From: an uncultured Bacteriovoracaceae bacterium
GTDB taxonomy: Bacteria > Bdellovibrionota > UBA2428
Length of the DNA stretch: 64,000 nucleotides
Reading direction: 5' to 3'
NCBI GenBank assembly: GCA_964407615.1
Contig: CAYOWH010000005.1
Coordinates: 7,121 to 71,120, forward strand
The notes under the pieces were generated by a model. The model was not told the origin of the DNA and ran no database searches. It was given only the letters and a program-made list of their open reading frames with translations. The position numbers were made by a program, and so were the translations under genes. Shown piece by piece: positions 38,334 through 46,201 of this stretch (its first letter is position 1; the number at the start of each line of letters is the position of its first letter).

Positions 38334-39752
38334 GTGGCCCGTTCGACACTTTATTACGTTTTTGCAGATCAGAGCTGGCCTGCTGAGAGTATCACCACAA
38401 TATTATCTTCAAAGAGTGCTTTGGGTCTTTGGATCGATGGGCGAGGTTGGATTATCACGCCTACAAATGGGTCTAGTTTTGTAGGTCGCTCAGTAGATAA
38501 TCCTCACTTGGCAGCAGAAGAGTGTATTCTTCCGGACCCAACAAAAAAAAATGTTGTTGCGATTTTAGGTTTTGAAGATCTCCATAGGACAGAAGAGATC
38601 GAGGGAATTTTAAAAAGTCGTCTTCCCTCTGTTCAAGTTTTGCGACTTGGAACTCGAATTTCTAAAACAGCTTTAAGTCAGGTTCGTCGAAGTGTGGCCT
38701 GGAAAGATCTTATGGAATCGGGCTTTGCGCATGAGCTCGATCTTTTGGGCATTCAATCCAAAATTGTAGGGTTGCAAAATTTACTAGCGGATGCAGAACG
38801 AGTAGCGATTTTATTGCAGGACGATCCTGATCCTGATGGTTTGGCTGGAGCACTTGCGCTTCGAAAAATTTTAGGAAGAAACGCTCAGACTGCACCAATT
38901 GTTTCTTTTGGTAGAATTTCACGTCCTGAAAATTTGGCAATGGTCCAGCTTCTAGAAATTGAAGTCGAGCGCGTAACGGAAAAGTCGCTCAATGAATTCG
39001 ACAAAATTGTTTTTGTAGATTGTCAGCCATCTTTTTTTAAGGGGCGTGATATCCGTTGTGATGTAGTGATTGATCACCACCCTCGAGGAGAATGCCCAGC
39101 GCTGGATTTATGTGAGTGGGTTGAAATTGATGAAGAGCTAGGTTCCATTTCGACTCTTTTTACGCTTTATTTGGAAGCCGCAGGGGTAGAGGTAAGCCAT
39201 CGCCTCGCAACAGCTCTTCACTACGGAATTAAATCTGATACTTTATTTTTCAATAGAGGAGTTTCGGAAAAAGATCTCGAAGCTTTTGTGACTCTCTTTC
39301 CGAGGGTTAATGGTGCTCAACTTCGAAAAATAGAACGACCAGAGCTCCCCGTGAATTATATTGATTCATTGAGGCGTTCACTTAAAACTTTTAAAATACG
39401 CTCAAGTCTTGGAGTGATTGTTTTACCTGACATTGCGACGGAAGACTGGATTCCTCAAGCTGCAGATTTTGTTTCACAAATTCATGGGGTTCGATTGGCA
39501 GCTGCTGCGGGTATTGTGGATGATACAGTCGTTATTTCTGGACGCAATTGGGAAAACGATTTGCATTGTGGAGAAATTTTCAAAGAAAATTTTGACAAAA
39601 TGGGATCAGCGGGTGGCCACAGAAGTATGGCAAAGGCCGTTATTCCTGTTTCGGCTTGGAAAGATCGCTTTGGTGATGGGTCACTGGCTCAAAACAAAAT
39701 CAAAAATATTACTCAGCGACTTTTGCTCAAGAGTATGTCCGAGTTTATTTAA
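38334..39752 (+). CDS. DHH/DHHA1-family phosphoesterase with ~150-aa N-terminal extension
   Basis: Motifs DPDPDGL, VVIDHHP (DHH) and GSAGGHRSMAKA (GGGH-type DHHA1). GTG start. The N-terminal 150 aa are unassigned. Confidence 0.8.
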   Translation: MARSTLYYVFADQSWPAESITTILSSKSALGLWIDGRGWIITPTNGSSFVGRSVDNPHLAAEECILPDPTKKNVVAILGFEDLHRTEEIEGILKSRLPSVQVLRLGTRISKTALSQVRRSVAWKDLMESGFAHELDLLGIQSKIVGLQNLLADAERVAILLQDDPDPDGLAGALALRKILGRNAQTAPIVSFGRISRPENLAMVQLLEIEVERVTEKSLNEFDKIVFVDCQPSFFKGRDIRCDVVIDHHPRGECPALDLCEWVEIDEELGSISTLFTLYLEAAGVEVSHRLATALHYGIKSDTLFFNRGVSEKDLEAFVTLFPRVNGAQLRKIERPELPVNYIDSLRRSLKTFKIRSSLGVIVLPDIATEDWIPQAADFVSQIHGVRLAAAAGIVDDTVVISGRNWENDLHCGEIFKENFDKMGSAGGHRSMAKAVIPVSAWKDRFGDGSLAQNKIKNITQRLLLKSMSEFI

Positions 39753-39767
39753 TTTTTCGTTTGAATT

Positions 39768-41234
39768 TTAACTAAATTTTTTATCAAAATAATGGAGCAG
39801 TGTTTGTTCCGAAACTTTGCGGCCAATTATTTTTTGCATAGTTTGGGGAGAGTCATGGTGTGCGGCTAGTGGGTAAACTCGCTCAGCCATAAAGTTTCTT
39901 ATAAATTCAAAATGACCTGCTGAAACTTTCTCTGACCATTCAGGATGGGCTTTTTGAAAATCAACAAAAAGTTCAGCTCCAAACATGTTTCCTAAGCTAT
40001 AAGAAGGGAAGTATCCAAAAGATCCTGAATACCAGTGAGTATCCTGTAAGCATCCAAGTGAGTCTTTTGTGATTTGGAGTCCTGTTAACTCTTGAAAGCG
40101 AGTGTTCCATTTTTCTGGAAGGTCTTTGACTTCGAGTTTGCCTTCCATCAAATCGCGCTCGATTTCAAAACGCAAAAGAATATGGAAATTATAAGTGACC
40201 TCATCAGAGTCAACGCGAATATAATCAAGTTTGACAGGATTCAAACGCGAGTAGAGAGCATCGGCGTTAACGTTTAATTTTCGAGAAAGGTATTGGGTAA
40301 AGGCTCGAGATCGACCAATAAAGTTTTCCAGAAAACGGCTTTGTGATTCGTGAACGCCCATGGAGCAGGCTTTGCCGGCAGGTTCATAGGCTGTTTTTTC
40401 AGGAAGCCCTTGTTCGTAAAGTGCATGACCTAATTCATGTAGGGTACTGAACAAATCCTCCACAGCATCTGTTGGATTAAGTCTAGTTGTCAAGCGTACG
40501 TCGCCTGTTGTGCCACCGCAGAAAGGGTGGGTGCTTTCATCAAGGCGGCCTTTTGTAAAATCAAAAGCAAATTTACTCATCAGATCCTTACAGAATTCTT
40601 TATTGATGAGCTGGGGGTTAATTTGAATTTCTTTTTTATTTTTTTTTGATTTTTCTAAGAATTCTGGAAGTCGATCTTTTGTACCCCTTGTAAGAGAAGT
40701 GAGAAGCTTTTCCATATCTGAAATTTCTAGGCCCGGTTCAAATTGATCGAAGGCCACTCCGTAGAGACTTTTATCTGCATATCGAGATTTAAGTTCGGGG
40801 AGATTTTTTATTTTTTCTAAATTTTCACGGCAAAGAGAAACAAGTTCTTTAAAGATTGGCTCAATGCTTTGAAAATTAGATTCTTTTTTAGCAGCTCTCC
40901 ATTTGACATTGCATTCAGTGGAAATCTTAGAAAATTTTGCAACGAATTTTTCGTCTACAGCAGAACTTACAAGGATGCTTTTTGTCCAAAGTTCTAAATT
41001 TCTTTTTTCAATGTCGGTAGAGGCTATGATTTTTTGTGAAAGAACGGCTTCTTTAAATTTTGGATCATTCGTCCACTGGTGAATGAGGCTGCTCATGAGA
41101 GTCAGGTGGGCTTGTCGTGCAGGGGTGGAGCCTTCAGGCATGTAAGTTTCCATGTCCCAGTAAAGTATGCTTTGTGCGGAGCTTAGTGTTTCGATCTTTT
41201 TCCAATGCTCAAGAACTTCAGCGTAAGTTTGCAT
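39768..41234 (-). CDS. Carboxypeptidase Taq-type metallopeptidase (M32)
   Basis: HELGHALY (HExxH), GVHESQSRFLEN and IRVDSDEVTYNFHI, the M32 signature blocks. Confidence 0.92.
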   Translation of the reverse strand: MQTYAEVLEHWKKIETLSSAQSILYWDMETYMPEGSTPARQAHLTLMSSLIHQWTNDPKFKEAVLSQKIIASTDIEKRNLELWTKSILVSSAVDEKFVAKFSKISTECNVKWRAAKKESNFQSIEPIFKELVSLCRENLEKIKNLPELKSRYADKSLYGVAFDQFEPGLEISDMEKLLTSLTRGTKDRLPEFLEKSKKNKKEIQINPQLINKEFCKDLMSKFAFDFTKGRLDESTHPFCGGTTGDVRLTTRLNPTDAVEDLFSTLHELGHALYEQGLPEKTAYEPAGKACSMGVHESQSRFLENFIGRSRAFTQYLSRKLNVNADALYSRLNPVKLDYIRVDSDEVTYNFHILLRFEIERDLMEGKLEVKDLPEKWNTRFQELTGLQITKDSLGCLQDTHWYSGSFGYFPSYSLGNMFGAELFVDFQKAHPEWSEKVSAGHFEFIRNFMAERVYPLAAHHDSPQTMQKIIGRKVSEQTLLHYFDKKFS

Positions 41235-41304
41235 GAAACGATGTTAGTTTGAGATTGAGACAGTGTCTAAAGTAACATTTAAAATTTTTTAATTTACCAA
41301 ATGT

Positions 41305-42063
41305 CTATTCGCTTCCAAGTCCACGTATTTTTAGGGCCCTTTTTTGGGCAATTTCAAAAAATAAATAATCAAGTATAACGCCTACAATGATTATGACAAT
41401 CATGACGGCAACAACCTGGTTAATGTCACTCAACTCTCTGCCCATATTCAGCATGTGACCAATTCCTGGTGTGACAAACAATAACTCTCCACCCATGAGA
41501 GATCTCCATGCAAAAGACCAGCTTTGTCTCATTCCTTCTAAAAGGCTGGGGACTGCTGAGGGAATAATAACTTTCCAGTATAGCGAGTATCTGCTTGCTC
41601 CAAGAGTGAGGCCGGCATTTTTTAAGATAGGCGGAACACTCTCAAAACCAGCCATTGTGGCTTGAGTCATTGAGAAAGTTGAGCCCATTATGATCACAAA
41701 AATTATAGCGTTATCATTCAGCCCAAACCATAAAAGAGAAATAGGCAGCCAACAAATACTCGGAAGCGTTTGAAGTCCAAGGAGGTAGGGCCCAAAATAT
41801 TTTTTGAGATATTTAAACTCTGAAAATAAGAGACCTACAACCACTCCCACAATAATTGATATTGAATATCCAATGACAAGACGTTTTAAGCTACTAAGTG
41901 TAGATTTTATAAGTTCTCCATTTATGGAAACGTGCTCAAGATATAGAAATACTCCCTCAGGAGAGGGAAAGACATAGCTTGGCCATATTTTGAAAATAGT
42001 AATCAGTTTCCAAACGCCAATAATGAATAAAAAAATAAATGTTTTTTTAGCTAAGCTGCGCAT
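41305..42063 (-). CDS. ABC importer permease, nitrate/sulfonate/taurine (NitT/TauT) family
   Basis: BPD_transp_1 EAA-type loop (AGLTLGASRYSLYWKVIIPSAVPSL) and six TM segments. Confidence 0.88.
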   Translation of the reverse strand: MRSLAKKTFIFLFIIGVWKLITIFKIWPSYVFPSPEGVFLYLEHVSINGELIKSTLSSLKRLVIGYSISIIVGVVVGLLFSEFKYLKKYFGPYLLGLQTLPSICWLPISLLWFGLNDNAIIFVIIMGSTFSMTQATMAGFESVPPILKNAGLTLGASRYSLYWKVIIPSAVPSLLEGMRQSWSFAWRSLMGGELLFVTPGIGHMLNMGRELSDINQVVAVMIVIIIVGVILDYLFFEIAQKRALKIRGLGSE

Positions 42064-42839
42064 CTTGTGTTTTCCTTTAAATCTTTGAGGTCACTTAGAA
42101 CTTCACTTGCAATTTCTACGACTTTTGAATTGTACACTGTTCTAATTCTCGGAAGATTAATTTTATATTCTTTTTTTATAGTCCCGGGGCTAGTGGAAAG
42201 TAAGAAGAGTCGATCGGCAAGACAGACAGCCTCGCGAACGTTATGCGTGACAAAAACCACACTCTTTTTTTCTTTCATCCACAGGCTTTGTAATTCCTCA
42301 TGAAGGGTGTCTCGGGTTTGTGCATCTAAAGCGGCAAAGGGTTCATCCATTAAAAGAACTTTTGGGTTCATCACGAGCGATCTTGCAATGGCTACTCTTT
42401 GTCGCATTCCTCCTGATAGTTCATGAACATAGGAATCAGAAAAGTTTGCGAGACCAACTTTTTCAAGATAAAGAAACACCTTTTCTTTAATGTATTTTTT
42501 TGAATAGTCCTTCAATTCCAATCCAAAGGCTACATTTTGAAAAACAGTCAGCCAGGGAAAAAGAGCTGATTCTTGAAAAACAACAGATCGATCGGGGCCA
42601 GGTTTCTTAACTTTTTTATTTTCTACAGAAACATGTCCTTTTGTGGGTTGTTGTAGAGAAGCCATTATATTGAGAATGGTAGATTTTCCACAGCCAGATG
42701 GGCCCACTAAACATACAAATTCATTTTCATGAACTTTCAAATTTATATTTGAAAGCGCAAGATGTGTTTTTTGACTCGATCCCTTTGAAGTATATTCATG
42801 AGAGATGTTTTCTAGATTTAGCTGAATTTTCTTTTCCAT
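42051..42839 (-). CDS. ABC importer ATP-binding protein, NitT/TauT family
   Basis: Walker A GPSGCGKST, LSGGMRQR and LLMDEPFAALD. I chose the ATG at 42839 (MEKKIQLNL...), which starts 4 nt after the porin stop; the ORF-track start at 42929 would overlap the porin gene. Confidence 0.9.
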   Translation of the reverse strand: MEKKIQLNLENISHEYTSKGSSQKTHLALSNINLKVHENEFVCLVGPSGCGKSTILNIMASLQQPTKGHVSVENKKVKKPGPDRSVVFQESALFPWLTVFQNVAFGLELKDYSKKYIKEKVFLYLEKVGLANFSDSYVHELSGGMRQRVAIARSLVMNPKVLLMDEPFAALDAQTRDTLHEELQSLWMKEKKSVVFVTHNVREAVCLADRLFLLSTSPGTIKKEYKINLPRIRTVYNSKVVEIASEVLSDLKDLKENTRCAA

Positions 42840-42843
42840 ATAT

Positions 42844-43857
42844 TCAAATTGCAACCTGGAAGTTAAAAAGAACCAGGCCTCCTTTTTTTCCATTTTGCGG
42901 TGAAGGTGAACCAATATTTGTCGTCGCATTTTCTAGGTAGCTATAGTTGAGTTGAATCTTAGCTTTTGCCTCGTGTAACTTATAGCTTAATCCAAAACTG
43001 TATATATCAGTGGAGATATTGTTTGAGTCCAAGTGTTCATATCGTAGTGCTGGTGAGAGAATTGTTTTATTATCATAGATGAAGTCTAAGTAATACGCTG
43101 TATCCGGAACCTGTTCTTTTGTTTTGGTATCTAATGTTTTTCCCAAAATTCCTTCTGAAGCGAGTGTAAATTTCTTATAAATATATTGAGCATTCAGTCC
43201 GTTTCTATATTTCGTTGTTGTTTTTCCATCTGCATAGGTCGCAAAAGTTCCAAGGCTTAGGTTTTGAGATAAATTTAGATCAACTCTTAAATTTATATCT
43301 TTATCTGAGTTTGTATCGCTCGTGTTTGCGTTTCCTCCATTTGAAAGCATGAGTGCTGATTTAATCCAGTCTTTTGAGTAGCTCAGCATGACTCCTCGTT
43401 CTCTTCTGTCCCCAAAAGTTCGAGAAACGATGGATCTTTCTGCAAAATTTAAATTTGCGAGAGGTGCTAATCCTTCAACAGTATTGGGCGCCTTAAATTG
43501 TCCTAGAGATATTTTAAAATCATTAGAAATTTTATATTCAATAAAAAAATCTTGAAGAACGCTATTGTCGTTACTTTTGCTTATTGCGCCTTCTCTAAGT
43601 TCTTTTGCAGCATCAAACGTGATCAGGTATTTTAGATCAGGAGATGTTTCACCCAAAAGCCTTATCTCGGCTCTTCTAATTCGAAAATTATCTTTTGCAT
43701 ATTGGGTGCTGTCGTGTAATCCCCAAAACTGGAGAAGTATTCCAACTTTTGGAGTAAAATTACCAATCATGTCTCCATTCTGAACTTCTAATGAATGCGC
43801 AGCGAATGAAAAGAGTAGAGTTGATAACTTGCAAGTTATTAAAAAAAAGTTTTTCAT
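42844..43857 (-). CDS. Outer-membrane anion-selective porin, OprO/OprP (Porin_O_P)-like
   Basis: Signal peptide. FRIRRAEIRLLGE resembles the Porin_O_P N-terminal Arg ladder motif. The sequence shows alternating beta-strand periodicity and ends ..LFNFQVAI. Confidence 0.65.
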   Translation of the reverse strand: MKNFFLITCKLSTLLFSFAAHSLEVQNGDMIGNFTPKVGILLQFWGLHDSTQYAKDNFRIRRAEIRLLGETSPDLKYLITFDAAKELREGAISKSNDNSVLQDFFIEYKISNDFKISLGQFKAPNTVEGLAPLANLNFAERSIVSRTFGDRRERGVMLSYSKDWIKSALMLSNGGNANTSDTNSDKDINLRVDLNLSQNLSLGTFATYADGKTTTKYRNGLNAQYIYKKFTLASEGILGKTLDTKTKEQVPDTAYYLDFIYDNKTILSPALRYEHLDSNNISTDIYSFGLSYKLHEAKAKIQLNYSYLENATTNIGSPSPQNGKKGGLVLFNFQVAI

Positions 43858-43869
43858 TTCAACTCTCCT

Positions 43870-44925
43870 TTAATTTTCGCGCTTATTTTTTGCTATGTTA
43901 GGTTTTTCGGATTCTTTTGTGATTTCATTTATGAGGCTTAGATCAACAAGGCCCTTAAGGTCTGGAGATTTCTTAAAGAGATAATTTGCCCCGAGAAGAC
44001 CAAGGTTAAAAGCGTTTTCAGCTGATTTTTGAATACTTGCCTCTACTGGTGAAGTTGTAAAAGTGATTTTAGAAAAAGCCCTTTTAAGGACAGCTGGGCT
44101 AAGACCTTTGCCCGTTAGTTTTGCAAGCTCTTCATTTATTAAATTTTGATCATTCTTGGATATTTTTTGTAATTTTTTTGTTGTCTCAACGTGAGCTTGA
44201 AGCCATTTTTTTACGATATCTTTATTCTCTTCTAAAAATTCAGGTGTTGTAATGACAACAGTTGTTGTAAACATTCCGTTTTCCCAGAGTGTTTTTTCAT
44301 CAAATAATTCCTTACCTTTTGCTTCTAACATAAGACGAGATGCCCAAGGTTCAACGGCCCATGCAGCTTGAATCTCGCCTCTTTGAAAGAGTGTTAATTG
44401 GTCTGCATTTTTTATGGGCGACACGAGTACATCGCCCATGTCGTCTTTGAATGTTTTAATCTTGAGATTGTTTTTTGTAAGCCATGATCTTGCCGCCACA
44501 TCTTGCGTATTTCCAAGTTGAGGAGTTGCTATGATTTTTCCCTTTAAATCGCTTGCACTGTTAATGTTTGCCTGGACAATCAAGCTTGCTCCGCCGGATG
44601 CAGCGCCAGAAATTATTCGAATTCCTTCTCCATGTGATTTAATAAAAGCATTTATTGCAGGGCTTGGGCCAATGTAGGCTATGTCGAGTGAGCCCGCAAA
44701 TAGCGCCTCAATAGCTGATGGTCCCGCATTGAATTGGAAAGGGGTAATTTTGACATCGGGCCCCAAAGCTTTTTGAAACGTTCCATTCGCAAGACCCAAT
44801 ATGGCTTGCGCATGAGTGATGTTTGGAAAGAAACCTACGCGTAGATTTTTTTCGGCATTAAGTTTTTTGCAAAAAAATGTGGCAAAAATAAACGTCAATA
44901 AAAGATTATTTTTTATTTTTTTCAT
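43870..44925 (-). CDS. ABC importer periplasmic substrate-binding protein, NMT1/SsuA/TauA/NrtA-like
   Basis: Signal peptide, and a family-3 SBP pattern (LRVGFFPNITHAQAILG...AGSLDIAYIGPSPAI). It is the first gene of the operon downstream of the sigma-54 promoter. Confidence 0.85.
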   Translation of the reverse strand: MKKIKNNLLLTFIFATFFCKKLNAEKNLRVGFFPNITHAQAILGLANGTFQKALGPDVKITPFQFNAGPSAIEALFAGSLDIAYIGPSPAINAFIKSHGEGIRIISGAASGGASLIVQANINSASDLKGKIIATPQLGNTQDVAARSWLTKNNLKIKTFKDDMGDVLVSPIKNADQLTLFQRGEIQAAWAVEPWASRLMLEAKGKELFDEKTLWENGMFTTTVVITTPEFLEENKDIVKKWLQAHVETTKKLQKISKNDQNLINEELAKLTGKGLSPAVLKRAFSKITFTTSPVEASIQKSAENAFNLGLLGANYLFKKSPDLKGLVDLSLINEITKESEKPNIAKNKREN

Positions 44926-44953
44926 TTTTTTATTATCTCCTGATCTAGTTTAA

Positions 44954-44968
44954 GCAATTCGTGTGCCA
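44954..44968 (-). promoter_or_regulatory. Sigma-54 (-24/-12) promoter of the SBP-porin-ABC operon
   Basis: The minus strand reads TGGCAC-acgaa-TTGC(t), an exact match to TGGCAC-N5-TTGCW. AGGAG lies at 44941..44937 and the ATG at 44925. A divergent sigma-54 activator gene is adjacent. Confidence 0.6.
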
Positions 44969-45009
44969 CATCTGCTTTGCCTGTAAAGTTAGTAAAGAGA
45001 GGTTTTTTG

Positions 45010-45020
45010 CGGAATTTCCG
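45010..45020. promoter_or_regulatory. Candidate activator-binding palindrome CGGAA-t-TTCCG
   Basis: Perfect 5-1-5 inverted repeat, about 45 nt upstream of the -24 element. The direct repeat GTAAAG-N3-GTAAAG at 44983..44997 lies between them. Confidence 0.3.
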
Positions 45021-45075
45021 TATTAAATAAAGTTTTATTCAAGTTTTCTTGCAGAAAATCCGTATATTTTCTTAT

Positions 45076-46182
45076 ATGGATAATTTGTACAGGCTTTGGA
45101 AACTAGCTTTAGAGACTGAAAGCTATGAGGATTTTGTTAAGAAAAGTTCTGACATTCTTCAAGACTTTCAACCAAAAAAAACTTATTTAGAAACGAGCTC
45201 TTTTCATAGTACACATGAAAAAAGAAAAATAATCGGAGAAGAAACAAGCTTAAAGTCTGTTCTTACTCTATCTAAAACAGTTGCTAAAACAAATATTCCC
45301 GTCCTTCTTTTAGGCGAAACAGGCTCTGGTAAAGAGCTTGTAGCTAGATACATACATGAAAACTCTGAAAGACTGAGTAAAGCCTTTATAAGAATAAACT
45401 GTGCAGCTATTGCTCCAGGTATTATAGATTCGGAATTATTTGGACATGAAAAAGGGGCCTTTACAGGTGCTGTAAAATCCAGAAAAGGATGTTTTGAGAT
45501 GGCCCATGAGGGAACCCTTTTTATGGATGAGGTAGGTGAGTTGTCTTTAGATGCTCAAGCTAGGCTTTTAAGAGTTTTGAATGATGGATTCATATCGCGT
45601 GTCGGTTCCGAGAAGAATATAAAAGTTGATGTTCGAATTTTGGCTGCTACTCACAGAAATTTAAAAGAAATGGTGAGGGCAGGATCTTTTCGAGAGGATC
45701 TCTATTATCGAATTGTCTCTTTTCCTATCTCAATCCCTTCTTTACGGGAAAGAAAGGAAGACATAGCAGAACTTGCAAAACACTACATCGCTCAATCCTC
45801 TTTAAAGTTTAATATTAAAGTTCCTATCCTGGATGATAAAAGCTTATTAAAGCTTACTTCATATGATTGGCCAGGAAATATAAGAGAATTCATAGCGGTC
45901 ATTGAAAGGGCTGTGCTTTTGTCGGACAGGGGATTGTTGAATTTAAATTTCTTTCTAGCAGAAGTACATCGAAATGAAAGTAAAAATGTTATGCACTTCA
46001 AAGATGCTTTTTCAAAAAAAGTAAAAGGAATAAGTAATAGTAAAAAAATTTTAGAAGCTTTAGAAATAAGTCACGGAAGGATTGAGGGGCCTTTTGGTGC
46101 TGCCAAAATTTTGGAAATGAATCCTAGCACTTTAAGAAGCCATATCAAAAAATTGAATATTGTTTTTAAAAAAGTAGCATAA
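45076..46182 (+). CDS. Sigma-54-dependent transcriptional activator (bEBP) lacking a recognisable N-terminal sensor domain
   Basis: AAA+ core: Walker A GETGSGKE, ELFGHEKGAFTGA (GAFTGA loop) and LFMDEVGEL. The C-terminal Fis-type HTH is AAKILEMNPSTLRSHIKKL. Only about 70 aa precede the AAA+ domain. An alternative TTG start lies at 45049. Confidence 0.88.
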   Translation: MDNLYRLWKLALETESYEDFVKKSSDILQDFQPKKTYLETSSFHSTHEKRKIIGEETSLKSVLTLSKTVAKTNIPVLLLGETGSGKELVARYIHENSERLSKAFIRINCAAIAPGIIDSELFGHEKGAFTGAVKSRKGCFEMAHEGTLFMDEVGELSLDAQARLLRVLNDGFISRVGSEKNIKVDVRILAATHRNLKEMVRAGSFREDLYYRIVSFPISIPSLRERKEDIAELAKHYIAQSSLKFNIKVPILDDKSLLKLTSYDWPGNIREFIAVIERAVLLSDRGLLNLNFFLAEVHRNESKNVMHFKDAFSKKVKGISNSKKILEALEISHGRIEGPFGAAKILEMNPSTLRSHIKKLNIVFKKVA

Positions 46183-46201
46183 ATTAATTCATAATAACTA
46201 C

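Noticed and set aside
41260-41275. Palindrome AGACA-g-TGTCT between the ABC permease stop and the M32 peptidase start
   Set aside because: It is only 5 bp per arm with a 1-nt centre, so it cannot form a terminator hairpin. It is too short to distinguish from chance.
42840-42929. Upstream extension of the ABC ATPase ORF (start at 42929)
   Set aside because: It would overlap the porin gene by 86 nt and add a non-ABC N-terminus (MRRQILVHLHRK...). The ATG at 42839 gives a canonical N-terminus directly after the porin stop.
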